Assembly (NCBI GenBank): GCA_035360515.1
Contig: DAOSAY010000002.1
Location: 67,789 to 131,788, forward strand
Direction: 5' to 3'
DNA: 64,000 bases
Origin: Bacteroidales bacterium
Lineage (GTDB): Bacteria; Bacteroidota; Bacteroidia; Bacteroidales; VadinHA17
A program made the translations under genes and the position numbers. Shown one piece after another: positions 9,672-19,400 of this stretch. The notes beneath the pieces were generated by a model. The model had not been told where the DNA came from. It searched no databases and was given only the letters and a program-made list of their open reading frames with translations. Position 1 is the stretch's first letter; every line of letters begins with the position of its first letter.

Positions 9672-10982
9672 TCAGATAGTTCTTTCTGTATCAAAAGTTT
9701 CAAGATAATCGGCCAGTCTTCTCAGATATGAGCCTGCATATGCCCCATTAATAATTCTATGGTCATATGTAAGGGAAAGAAACATTTTATGGCGTATCGC
9801 AATAACATCTCCGTCGGGAGTTTCTAAAACAGACGGCTTTTTCTCAACCGTTCCGATTCCAAGAATGGCAACCTGGGGCTGATTTATTATAGGAGTACCT
9901 ATTGTATTGCGGAAAGTTCCGAAATTTGTAACAGTAAATGTTCCGTCGTTCACATCATCCGGAAGAAGGTCATTCTTACGGGCGTTTTCTGCAAGTCGGT
10001 TTATTTCTTTAGCAAGTCCTGTTATATTGAGGTAATCAGCATTTTTTATTACAGGGACAATCAGATTTGAATCAGGCAATGCAACTGCTATCCCTATATT
10101 TATTCTTTTCTTAAGAATTATCCTGTTTCCGTCAACCGAAGAATTCAGCATCGGAAATTCCTTGAGGGATTTTATTACTGCCTCTATTATTAAAGGAAGA
10201 TAAGTAAGCTTTATACCTTCCCTTTTCTCAAATTCATTTTTGATTTTATTTCTCCAGTTAACAATTGCAGTTACATCAGCCTCAAGAATATTAGTAACAT
10301 GAGCTGAAGTCTGTTTTGACCTGATCATGTGCTCGGCCGTAATCTTCCGTATACGGTCCATTTCAATTATTTCATCTTCCTGATAGACAGGCATAGAATA
10401 TTTCAATGCCTCGCTCTTAACAGGAGTATGGTCATTAACAACGGATGCCGAAGTTGCTGAAGCGACTTTCCTTTTTTCCAGGTAAGCAAGGATATCTTTC
10501 TTCTGAACCCTCCCATTTATCCCGCTTCCCGGTATTTTCTCCAGTTCTTCTGCGGAAATATTTTCCCTTCTGGCAATGAGCTTTGCAAGCGGAGAGTAAA
10601 ATCTTGCTGAGGCTTCTTTCTTATCTGGTTTAATTATTTCATCAGAGGTATTTAAATTTTTCTCCTCCAGCTGGTTTTTTTCAGTTTGCTGCAACCCGCT
10701 ATTTTTTTCATCTATGTTTTTATTTTTTCCTGAAGAGTTTGCTTCAGTATCTATAATTGCAATAACTTCCCCAACCTGAACAATGGCATTTTCCTGGTAG
10801 AATATCTTTTTTACAGTTCCAGCTACAGGCGACGGAATTTCAGAATCTACTTTATCAGTTGCGATATCAAGCAGAACATCATCCTCTTTAACATAGTCAC
10901 CTTCTTTGACGAACCACCTGATAATAGTTGCCTGGGTTATACTCTCTCCCAGTTTAGGCATTTTTATTTCAAACAGAGCCAT
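9672..10982 (-). CDS. Dihydrolipoamide acyltransferase (E2) of a 2-oxoacid dehydrogenase complex
   Basis: Lipoyl domain with the TDK lipoyl-lysine motif (DIATDKVDSEIPSP), a peripheral subunit-binding domain (SPLAKLIARRENI), and the catalytic motif DHRIINGA. Confidence 0.9.
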   Translation of the reverse strand: MALFEIKMPKLGESITQATIIRWFVKEGDYVKEDDVLLDIATDKVDSEIPSPVAGTVKKIFYQENAIVQVGEVIAIIDTEANSSGKNKNIDEKNSGLQQTEKNQLEEKNLNTSDEIIKPDKKEASARFYSPLAKLIARRENISAEELEKIPGSGINGRVQKKDILAYLEKRKVASATSASVVNDHTPVKSEALKYSMPVYQEDEIIEMDRIRKITAEHMIRSKQTSAHVTNILEADVTAIVNWRNKIKNEFEKREGIKLTYLPLIIEAVIKSLKEFPMLNSSVDGNRIILKKRINIGIAVALPDSNLIVPVIKNADYLNITGLAKEINRLAENARKNDLLPDDVNDGTFTVTNFGTFRNTIGTPIINQPQVAILGIGTVEKKPSVLETPDGDVIAIRHKMFLSLTYDHRIINGAYAGSYLRRLADYLETFDTERTI

Positions 10983-11282
10983 ATTATTTTAAATAATATT
11001 CGACGTAATTTTAATATTATAACAATCGAGAAGGCAGGTTGTTTAATTTCAGACTATTATCGGTGAGATTTTATTATGGCAATTATTATTGATAACCTTT
11101 TTATGAATGATTCAAACAGAATTTTCTTTGTTTTTGTTAATTTAAGCTATGACAGAGGGGATCAGACAGGAAATAAAAAATACCTCATATTCAAAAGGAA
11201 TATTTTTATTATTTTTAGTTAAATTATTGTCAGAATCAGGAGTCTAATAATGTAAAAATAACAGCATCTTATTTATAAGGAT

Positions 11283-12863
11283 ATGGATGATAAATTGGAC
11301 AATTCAGTTAATTTTCATAAGCACAGCTCTTTAAGATGCTGTTGCGGAAACACTGACATGGGGCATCAGGGCATCAGCAGGCGAAAGTTTGTGCAGATGA
11401 CAGGTGCCGGCACTCTTGGTATAATAACAATTCAGAGGCTTACATGGGATATGCTGGCCAATGAAAGGCCAGTAGATGAATATCTTCCAGCAAGGCAACC
11501 TCTGGTTGTCAAACCTGTTCTCACCTATGAAGTGCCTGAAAGGAGGGAGAAAACAAGCTGGAGAGCATGGGGTGGAATACAGACCGAAAATGACGCCTCG
11601 GCTGAAATAGCAAGAATTAACAGCGAGCTTAAAAAGCTAAAATCTGATGCTGATTTTCCGGTTGATTTTCTTCCTGTCTCTGCTGTACGGAGCCGGCAGG
11701 ATCTGGCCGGAATAACTGACATAGACAGGGCAGATCTGATTCTTATATATGCTGCTGGTGGCGGCATGAATATTTTTGCAGAATTAAACAGCAGGGGGAA
11801 AGATATTATTTTCTTCTGCCGCCACAGGTCTGGTCCGGTTTATCTCTGGTATGAGATAATAAGTCCGCGTTACCTTCGCCAGCATACAGATGAATTGAAA
11901 GTTAAAGGGGTTGATGACAGTGATGTTGTTATTGACAGCCAGGATGAGCTCTTGTGGCGGATGAGGGCACTATGTGGGCTGAAAAACACAAGAGGTTCAA
12001 GAATTCTAGCTATAGGAGGTTTCGGAGCATGGTCGCAGCCGCTCGAAACAACAATGAAAATGGTAAAGGAGCATTACAACTTTGAAATAAGGGATATATC
12101 TTATGAAAATCTCGGGAATCTGATTAAAGAAGCAAGGGAAGACAGGGCACTCGTTAAGCAGGCAAAAAGCAGTAGTGACAGATATCTGGCAGATACCGGG
12201 ATTAAGCTTGAAACTGAAAGAAAGTATGTGGAGAATTGTTTCGTGCTCGGGGAAGTTTTTCGCAGGCTTATGGAAAGGGAAGGATGCAGGGCAATAACTG
12301 TTAATAATTGCATGGGAACAATTATGCCGATTGCTGATACAACAGCCTGTCTTACACTCAGTCTTCTCAACGATGCCGGATTCCTGGCATTCTGTGAATC
12401 GGACTTTGTAGTTATTCCTGCTGGCATCCTGCTGGCTAACATATCAGGCAAACCATCATTTCTGAATGATCCTACATATCCACATGATTGGCTCATTACT
12501 CTTGCACACTGCACTGCTCCGCGCAGAATGAATGGAATAACGCTTGAGCCTGCACGAATAATGACCCATTTTGAGTCAGATTTCGGAGCCGCTCCTAAGG
12601 TCGAAATGAAAAAAGGCCAGGTTGTGACAAATGTCATACCTGATTTTGAATTCAGAAAATACATCGGTCTTCCCGGCAAGATTGTTGAAAATCCGTTTAT
12701 GGACATTTGCCGTTCACAGATTGAAGTGAGCTTTTCGTGTGAGAGCGAAAAGGTGGCAAAAAATATGCGAGGTTTTCATTGGTTGACTGTATATGGTGAT
12801 TATTTAAAAGAAACCGGATATGCCTTAAAGAAAATAGGGATAGAGTTTGAAATTCTGACTTGA
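11283..12863 (+). CDS. Tat-signal protein with an L-fucose/L-arabinose-isomerase-like C-terminal region (function unknown)
   Basis: Twin-arginine motif SRRKFVQMTGAG. The C-terminal blocks CMGTIMP..., FCESDF and GFHWLTVYGDY recall FucI/AraA-fold proteins. ATG 11358 (MGHQGISRRKF) is a plausible alternative start. Confidence 0.45.
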   Translation: MDDKLDNSVNFHKHSSLRCCCGNTDMGHQGISRRKFVQMTGAGTLGIITIQRLTWDMLANERPVDEYLPARQPLVVKPVLTYEVPERREKTSWRAWGGIQTENDASAEIARINSELKKLKSDADFPVDFLPVSAVRSRQDLAGITDIDRADLILIYAAGGGMNIFAELNSRGKDIIFFCRHRSGPVYLWYEIISPRYLRQHTDELKVKGVDDSDVVIDSQDELLWRMRALCGLKNTRGSRILAIGGFGAWSQPLETTMKMVKEHYNFEIRDISYENLGNLIKEAREDRALVKQAKSSSDRYLADTGIKLETERKYVENCFVLGEVFRRLMEREGCRAITVNNCMGTIMPIADTTACLTLSLLNDAGFLAFCESDFVVIPAGILLANISGKPSFLNDPTYPHDWLITLAHCTAPRRMNGITLEPARIMTHFESDFGAAPKVEMKKGQVVTNVIPDFEFRKYIGLPGKIVENPFMDICRSQIEVSFSCESEKVAKNMRGFHWLTVYGDYLKETGYALKKIGIEFEILT

Positions 12864-13245
12864 AATATTATATACAGATTGTATAGCTACAAAACATTAT
12901 TTAAGAAATTTTTATATTACATTTTAACAAACCTGTCGTCCCCCTGCAGTCTGAAACCAGTATTTAATTTAAGTGCGATTTTATTTTCTTTCATTGATAT
13001 ATATCCAAAAAATCATGCTATGAATAAATGAATAATTCAGATTTAAAAGGAACTTTTAATAAATTAAATTTGCCGTTATTTGCATAACACTATTTAAATG
13101 GATGAACATCTTTATTAAATGAGACCTTCAGACGTTAAAGTGGCGGTAGAAAGAAAAAAACTGGATTGCATGGGACAGAATTGAGAATGAAGATGATGTA
13201 TCAGCCGGAATAGTTAGAATTGAAATTCAGTTTAATGTATTGTAA

Positions 13246-13719
13246 ATGGTAAAGAATAAAAAAACTCTGGTTCTTGGTATTGGAAATACAATACTTTCGG
13301 ATGATGGAATCGGCCCAAAAATTATCCGCGATCTTTCTTTGGTGTTTGATGACAATAATATTAGTTTTAAGGAAGCCTGCTGTGGAGGTATTGAAATAGC
13401 AGAACTGATTTCAGGATATGACTGTGTGGTTTTTATTGATGCAATCCATACAGGGGAAGGCAAACCTGGAGATGTTTATTTTTTTGATATTTCTGACTTC
13501 AGGGAGACAATACATCTATCCAATGTCCATGATTTAAGTTTTATTACTGCCATTGAACTTGCTAAATCTCTCGGAATGGACCTTCCAGCGAGTATAATTA
13601 TTGTCGGGGTTGAAATACTTACAGATTCAGAATTTGGTGAAGAGCTCTCACCACCATTAAAAGAAAGATATGAAACAATACTTGAAGAGGTTAAAACCTT
13701 TGTAAAAGGATTGGTGTAA
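13246..13719 (+). CDS. [NiFe]-hydrogenase maturation endopeptidase (HyaD/FrhD family)
   Basis: 157 aa with the N-terminal motif LVLGIGNTILSDDGIG typical of hydrogenase C-terminal processing proteases. Confidence 0.85.
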   Translation: MVKNKKTLVLGIGNTILSDDGIGPKIIRDLSLVFDDNNISFKEACCGGIEIAELISGYDCVVFIDAIHTGEGKPGDVYFFDISDFRETIHLSNVHDLSFITAIELAKSLGMDLPASIIIVGVEILTDSEFGEELSPPLKERYETILEEVKTFVKGLV

Positions 13720-13907
13720 TCTTGAGAACAACATAGTATCGGTGAAAAAGGAAGATCTGTAAAAATTTTAAAGCCTTATATCTATTGTTCGGTAATATTT
13801 TTATAATTTTATTACAGATAAAAGATATGGTTTTTAGACTGATCTTATTTAGAATAAGTTAAAAATTTTTCATCAATACGGATTAATAATCAGGGAGGGA
13901 ATAAATA

Positions 13908-14348
13908 ATGAGTTCAAAAGCAAAAATTCTGGTTGTCGAGGACGATGCAGACCTTGTAGCTGCAATAGTTAAAATGCTGGAAGTAAAAGGTTATGAAGTT
14001 GCATGTGCATATGATCCTCAGGAAGGATGGGAAAAACTGAAGATTCATGTGCCTGACCTGATCATTCTTGATGTAATGTTTGGAGCTAAAGGCGAATCAA
14101 AAGGCTTTGATTTTGCACAGAAAGTAAGGCTTGACAGGCAATACTCGCACATTCCCATTCTGATGATCACCGCAATTAATGCTCAGAAGCCTTATTTTAA
14201 CTTTTCACCCGAAACAGATGCTGAGTTTCTTCCGGTGGATTCCTTTATTGAGAAGCCGGTCAGATCTGAGGAATTGTTTCTTAAAGTCGAAGAACTTCTG
14301 CAGCAGAAAGTTAGTAAGTGGCATAAATGGCCTGAAAAAAATAGTTGA
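13908..14348 (+). CDS. Single-domain response regulator (receiver only)
   Basis: Receiver motifs ILVVEDD and DLIILDV, with no output domain (146 aa). It is preceded by GGGAGGG 8 nt upstream of the ATG. Confidence 0.85.
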   Translation: MSSKAKILVVEDDADLVAAIVKMLEVKGYEVACAYDPQEGWEKLKIHVPDLIILDVMFGAKGESKGFDFAQKVRLDRQYSHIPILMITAINAQKPYFNFSPETDAEFLPVDSFIEKPVRSEELFLKVEELLQQKVSKWHKWPEKNS

Positions 14349-14556
14349 TTTTAATTCTGGTTATATTACCTGCTTGAAGATAAATATTTTATTAATAATC
14401 TGATAATTCCGCACTATATTCAGCGAATATTCTCTGGCAATTCTTCACCTAAGCAATATCTTTACATTACCGGATCCAGGAGAAATTTGATTGTTTCCAG
14501 GTTGAGCTAATAGCATATATTAAATCTTCCCTTCTGCTACCGGAAGAAAATAATGA

Positions 14557-14582
14557 GTTATTGTGAAAAAAGTCACGATAAC
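14557..14582. promoter_or_regulatory. CRP/FNR-like palindromic operator candidate (gttatTGTGA-N6-TCACGataac)
   Basis: 10-bp arms matching at 9 of 10 positions. The half-sites TGTGA/TCACG are spaced by 6 nt, and the centre is about 103 bp upstream of the mvhD ATG. Confidence 0.35.
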
Positions 14583-14672
14583 TGAAAGAAAATCAGTTTA
14601 ATTACTTACTTTGAATATTTTTTATTTATATTTAATGCATGTACCTTTTAAACTAACCTAATAACTATTTCT

Positions 14673-15098
14673 ATGGAATTCAAGCCACGGATAGTTGCGT
14701 TTTTATGTAACTGGTGTTCATACACCGGTGCTGATCTTGCAGGAACCTCAAGGATGGAATATAAGCCCAATGTCAGGATAATCAGAGTGATGTGTTCCGG
14801 GCGGGTTGAGCCGACTTTTGTCCTTAAAGCATTTGCAAATGGTGCTGACGGAGTGCTTATATGTGGTTGCCACCCTGGCGACTGCCATTACCAGGAAGGT
14901 AATTACCGCTGCCTTCGCAGGTATTTGCTGCTTCAGAAGTATATCAGACAAATTGGAATTGAACCTGAACGCCTTAAACTGGAATGGATAAGTGCCAGTG
15001 AAGGGAAGCAGTTTGCTGAGCTGGTCAATAGTTTCACTGAAAAAATTAAAGAGCTGGGGCCAAGTAAAATTAAAGATACAATCAGAACATTTGCCTGA
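14673..15098 (+). CDS. mvhD: MvhD-like hydrogenase iron-sulfur (delta) subunit
   Basis: Motifs [15 protein letters not shown]...RVMCSGRV...[11 protein letters not shown], typical of the MvhD/FlpD family. Confidence 0.9.
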   Translation: MEFKPRIVAFLCNWCSYTGADLAGTSRMEYKPNVRIIRVMCSGRVEPTFVLKAFANGADGVLICGCHPGDCHYQEGNYRCLRRYLLLQKYIRQIGIEPERLKLEWISASEGKQFAELVNSFTEKIKELGPSKIKDTIRTFA

Positions 15099-15115
15099 TT
15101 TAAAAACAAGAACCC

Positions 15116-16090
15116 ATGGAAGAAACAAAACCAAAGTTAAAACTGGCTGTATACTGGGCAGCTGCATGCGGTGGCTGCTGTGTATCGGTTCTCGATGTAC
15201 ATGAAAAGTTGTTTGATATTATCTCTGCTGCGGATCTGGTATTCTGGCCTATAGCCCTTGATACCAAATACCATGATGTTGAAAAAATGCCTGATGGATA
15301 TATTGATATAACACTTTTTAATGGGGCAATAAGGAACACTGAAAATGAAGAGATGGCAAAGCTTTTAAGGAAAAAAAGCAAAATTCTTGTTGCCTATGGG
15401 AGTTGTGCTCATCTGGGTGGTATTCCCGGACTTGCCAATTTTACAACAAAGGATGAAATATTTAAAAGAGTATACTTTGAAAGTGAATCAGTAGTGAATG
15501 AGAAGAACTTAATTCCGGTTCCTGAATACAAGGCAGAAGAAGGTACACTTTTCCTGCCTTCGTTTTATAATGATGTAAGGGCTCTGTCGCAGGTTACCGA
15601 ACCGGATTACTATTTACCGGGATGTCCACCCCAGAGTGAAAGGTTGCTCGAGGTTTTCAAAGCAATTGTAAGTGGTGCGGAACTGCCTCCCAAAGGTTCG
15701 GTTATTGGAGCTGAAACAAAGACCCAGTGTGATGAATGTATACGTAAAAAGACTGAGAACAAGCGTATAAAGAAGTTTTACCGCCCCTGGGAAATTAAGG
15801 ATGATGGTATTACATGTTTTATGGAACAGGGAGTTTTGTGCATGGGACCTGCAACAAGGGCAGGATGCGGGTACCGTTGTATAAAAGGTAATGCTCCATG
15901 CAGGGGATGTTATGGTCCGCCGCCGGGCGTCCCTGACCCGGGAGCCAAGATGATGTCGGCCGTTGCAAGCATTATTGATGAGAAAGACCCTGAAGGGATA
16001 AACAAAATTCTTGAAGATTTGGCAGATCCTGCCGGTACTTTTTATCGTTTTAGCCTTCCAGTGTCATTGATAAGAAGAAAAATTTTATGA
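15116..16090 (+). CDS. mvhG: [NiFe]-hydrogenase small subunit, MvhG-like (no Tat signal)
   Basis: N-terminal AACGGCCVSVLD motif and a C-terminal Cys-rich FeS region (CMGPATRAGCGYRCIKGNAPCRGCYGP). Its 4-nt ATGA overlaps the large-subunit gene. Confidence 0.85.
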   Translation: MEETKPKLKLAVYWAAACGGCCVSVLDVHEKLFDIISAADLVFWPIALDTKYHDVEKMPDGYIDITLFNGAIRNTENEEMAKLLRKKSKILVAYGSCAHLGGIPGLANFTTKDEIFKRVYFESESVVNEKNLIPVPEYKAEEGTLFLPSFYNDVRALSQVTEPDYYLPGCPPQSERLLEVFKAIVSGAELPPKGSVIGAETKTQCDECIRKKTENKRIKKFYRPWEIKDDGITCFMEQGVLCMGPATRAGCGYRCIKGNAPCRGCYGPPPGVPDPGAKMMSAVASIIDEKDPEGINKILEDLADPAGTFYRFSLPVSLIRRKIL

Positions 16091-17550
16091 AAAGAATTAC
16101 AATTGATCCCATAACCCGCCTTGAAGGTCATGGAAAAATTGAGATTTTCCTTGATGAAGAAGGTGAAGTAAAGAATGTGTTTTTTCAGGTACCTGAACTA
16201 AGGGGCTTTGAGAAATTTTGTGAGGGAAGGCCTGCTGAGGAACTTCCTTCCATAACAGCAAAGATTTGCGGTGTATGTCCCGGTTGTCACCATATGGCTT
16301 CCGGCAAGGCTGTTGATGCGGTGTTCGGTCTGGTTCCTCCAGCTACTGCCAGAAAGCTGAGGGAACTTTTTTATATGGCCCATTTTATTCACAGCCATAC
16401 AGCACATTTTTATGCACTGGCGGCACCTGATTTTGTCCTTGGGCCTGGTGCACCACCCGAAAAAAGAAATATTGTGGGTCTGATTGAGAGAGTGGGTAAA
16501 GAGATAGGTACAGAAGTCATTAGGCAGCGTAGAATAGCCCAGGAGATACAGGCCCTTCTCGGTGGTCACCAGACATTTGTTGTGATGAATATCCCTGGAG
16601 GCGTACGAAGAGGACTCTCGGAAGCTGAACGAGACTATGTTGTTGAAAAGGCAAAAGGATTTGTGGAATTTGCTCAGTTTACCCTTAAAATATTCAATGA
16701 TTTTGTACTTGGAAATAAAGATTATGTCGATCTGATAGTTAACGGGCCTTATAAGTTAACGCTTCATTCCATGGGGCTGGTTGATGCTGACAACAGGGTA
16801 AATTTTTATGATGGGAAGGTAAGAGTTGTTGATACCCATGGAAATGAGTTATGTAAATATGGCCCGGATGAATACCTCGAATATGTGGCAGAACATGTTG
16901 AACCATGGAGTTATCTTAAGTTTCCGTATCTTAAAAAAATAGGGTGGAAAGGTTTTATCGACGGACAGGATTCGGGAGTATATCATGCAACGCCGTTATC
17001 AAGACTGAATGCAGCAGATGGGATGGCTACTCCTCTGGCACAGAAAGAATACGAACGAATGTATTCAACTCTCGGAGGTAAACCTGTTCATGCTACACTT
17101 GCAATGCATTGGGCAAGACTTGTAGAACTTTTATATTCAGCCGAACGCTGTCTCGAACTTGCTATGGATCCCGATATAACCGGAAGTGAACTGAGGGCTG
17201 AGCCCGGCCCCATTGTTGGAGAAGGTGTTGGAATTGTCGAAGCCCAGAGGGGAACATTAACCCATCATTACTGGACAGATAAAAAGGGCATTATTACCAA
17301 AGCCAATATCATTGTTGGCACAACAAACAACAATGCAGCGATCTGCATGTCAATCAAGAAAGCATCGGAAGGATTAATAAAGAAAGGAATTGTTGTTGAC
17401 CAGGGCATTCTTAATATGATTGAAATGGCTTTCAGAGCATATGACCCATGCTTTTCGTGTGCAACACACAGTTTACCGGGACGAATGCCATTTATTTTAG
17501 AAATCCGTGATGCTAACGGAGGATTGTTACAGAAGATAAAAAGGGATTAG
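16087..17550 (+). CDS. mvhA: [NiFe]-hydrogenase large subunit, MvhA-like (group 3-type)
   Basis: N-terminal RLEGHGKI and the Ni-binding motif KICGVCPGCH. The C-terminal motif DPCFSCATH is followed by a 26-aa tail. Confidence 0.9.
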   Translation: MKRITIDPITRLEGHGKIEIFLDEEGEVKNVFFQVPELRGFEKFCEGRPAEELPSITAKICGVCPGCHHMASGKAVDAVFGLVPPATARKLRELFYMAHFIHSHTAHFYALAAPDFVLGPGAPPEKRNIVGLIERVGKEIGTEVIRQRRIAQEIQALLGGHQTFVVMNIPGGVRRGLSEAERDYVVEKAKGFVEFAQFTLKIFNDFVLGNKDYVDLIVNGPYKLTLHSMGLVDADNRVNFYDGKVRVVDTHGNELCKYGPDEYLEYVAEHVEPWSYLKFPYLKKIGWKGFIDGQDSGVYHATPLSRLNAADGMATPLAQKEYERMYSTLGGKPVHATLAMHWARLVELLYSAERCLELAMDPDITGSELRAEPGPIVGEGVGIVEAQRGTLTHHYWTDKKGIITKANIIVGTTNNNAAICMSIKKASEGLIKKGIVVDQGILNMIEMAFRAYDPCFSCATHSLPGRMPFILEIRDANGGLLQKIKRD

Positions 17551-17587
17551 TTTTCAGAATGAGAAACGTAATAATAAATAAATAAAC

Positions 17588-19390
17588 ATGCGAACAGGAG
17601 TCTTTTTCTGTCAGACTGCTTCAGCAGGTACCCTGAATATTGATGCAATAGCAAAATATTCAGCCAATCTGCCAGAGGTTGAAACCGTACAGATACTCAG
17701 GGTTGAGCCTTATCCGGATTTAAAATTTCTTAGTGATACAATAAAGGCATATAATCTTGAACGTATTGTAATTGCAGGAGAAACACCCGGATATTACAAA
17801 CCATTATTAACCAGGGCAGTGGCCATGGCAGGAGGCAATACAGATGAGATATATCTGGCATCTTTTCAGGAACATGGAGCAAGAGGAGAGAATGCACTCG
17901 ACCGTGCCAAAGCAATTGTAGCCTGTGCTGTAATGGGTGTTCCATTCCCTCTTGCTGCAATACCTGGCGGAAACCCGGTTAACCATGCAACCCTCATAAT
18001 CGGTGGTGGGATTGCCGGTATTCAGGCAGCCCTTGAAATAGCAAATGCAGGTAAATTGGTTTATCTCGTTGAACAAACAGGTACAATAGGAGGGCATATG
18101 GCAATGTTCGACAAGACATTTCCGACACTCGATTGCGCCGCCTGCATACTAACTCCCAAGATGGTATCAGTTGGACAACATGAGATGATTCGCCTGATGA
18201 CAAAGTCGAAGGTTATTGCTGTTACCGGAAAACCGGGTTCTTACAGGGTTAAAATAAAACAGGCGCCACGCTATGTTGATATTAAATCGTGTGTGGCATG
18301 CAGCGAGTGTGCCGATGTTTGTCCTGTTAAGGTAAAAAGTGAATTTGATGCCGGTATATCAATGCGTAAAGCTATTTACATTCCTTTTCCTCAGGCCGTT
18401 CCGAATGCTTACCTGATTGATGAAAACAGCTGTACATACCTGCTCTCCGAAGGAAAAAAATGCGGAGTATGTGCAAAAAAATGTCCCAAGGAGTGCATCA
18501 ATTTCAATGAGAAAGAGCAGATTATAGATATTGAAGTTGGCAATATTATACTGGCTACCGGATACGAGATGCTTGATGCCAGTAAGATTGAGCAGTATGG
18601 ATACGGGGTATATCCTAATGTTCTTACATCTCTTGAATTTGAGCGTTTAACAAATGCTTCCGGAGTTACAGGGGGCAGGATTGTGACCAAAACGAAGGTA
18701 TTCAACAAGAAAACCAATAAGGAAGAATGGATTTTTTCACCTGAGGGCGTTCCACCGCGCAGCATAGCGCTTATACATTGTGTAGGATCAAGAAGTAGAA
18801 AATATAACCCTTATTGCTCGCGCGTATGCTGCATGTATTCGTTGAAATTTGCGCATCTTATCAGGGAAAAAGTTCCGAATGCCAGTGTTTATGAATTTTA
18901 TATCGATATGAGGGCATTCGGTAAGGGATATGAGGAATTTGCCGAGAGAATAAAGCAGGAGGGAACATTTGTTGTAAGGGGCCATTCAGCTTCGGTTACA
19001 ATGAGCCATGGCAAAATGTATGTAAAAGGTGAGGATATTATCAATGACAGACTGGTTCAATTCGAGGTTGACATGGTTGTACTGGCAGTGGGGCTCATCC
19101 CTTCACAGGGTACTGAGGAACTGAGCAGGATGCTTGGAATACGACGTGACAGTGACGGATGGTTTTCGGAGCTTGATTATAACGGAAGTCCAACCGACAC
19201 AGATAAAGGTGGAATATATGTTGCCGGAATGTGCCAGGGACCAAAAGATATCCCGGATACTGTTGCACAGGCTTCGGCTGTGGCTGCAGGTGTCCTTAAG
19301 AGTTTAACAAGCGGTAAAGGACTTGGACATTTGAGCAGCCTTTCACTGAGTGAAATCGAATCAAGAGCTAAAGCATTGCATAAAATATAA
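17588..19390 (+). CDS. hdrA: HdrA-like FAD/FeS protein, paralog 1 (inserted ferredoxin domain)
   Basis: Dinucleotide fold IIGGGIAGIQAA and the HdrA signature CVGSRSRKYNPYCSRVCC. It has internal 4Fe-4S motifs CVACSECADVCP and CGVCAKKCP. The N-terminal domain lacks the usual cysteines. Confidence 0.85.
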   Translation: MRTGVFFCQTASAGTLNIDAIAKYSANLPEVETVQILRVEPYPDLKFLSDTIKAYNLERIVIAGETPGYYKPLLTRAVAMAGGNTDEIYLASFQEHGARGENALDRAKAIVACAVMGVPFPLAAIPGGNPVNHATLIIGGGIAGIQAALEIANAGKLVYLVEQTGTIGGHMAMFDKTFPTLDCAACILTPKMVSVGQHEMIRLMTKSKVIAVTGKPGSYRVKIKQAPRYVDIKSCVACSECADVCPVKVKSEFDAGISMRKAIYIPFPQAVPNAYLIDENSCTYLLSEGKKCGVCAKKCPKECINFNEKEQIIDIEVGNIILATGYEMLDASKIEQYGYGVYPNVLTSLEFERLTNASGVTGGRIVTKTKVFNKKTNKEEWIFSPEGVPPRSIALIHCVGSRSRKYNPYCSRVCCMYSLKFAHLIREKVPNASVYEFYIDMRAFGKGYEEFAERIKQEGTFVVRGHSASVTMSHGKMYVKGEDIINDRLVQFEVDMVVLAVGLIPSQGTEELSRMLGIRRDSDGWFSELDYNGSPTDTDKGGIYVAGMCQGPKDIPDTVAQASAVAAGVLKSLTSGKGLGHLSSLSLSEIESRAKALHKI

Positions 19391-19400
19391 ACAGAATTCT

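Noticed and set aside
12101-12706. 201-aa antisense ORF inside the 526-aa gene, plus similar long shadow ORFs at 25982..26512, 37820..38302, 38528..38980, 55330..55716 and 58825..59274
   Set aside because: Each lies fully antisense to a gene with strong motif support (dxs, tsf, rpsB, tldD/pmbA, NIF3). Their translations are Ser/Leu/Cys-rich and low-complexity, typical of shadow frames.
13065-13072. TAAATTTG match to the TAnnTTTG -7 box upstream of the hydrogenase endopeptidase gene
   Set aside because: It is a single 8-mer in a 382-bp AT-rich spacer, about 170 nt from the start codon, with no -33 TTTG at the proper spacing. That is too weak to call a promoter.
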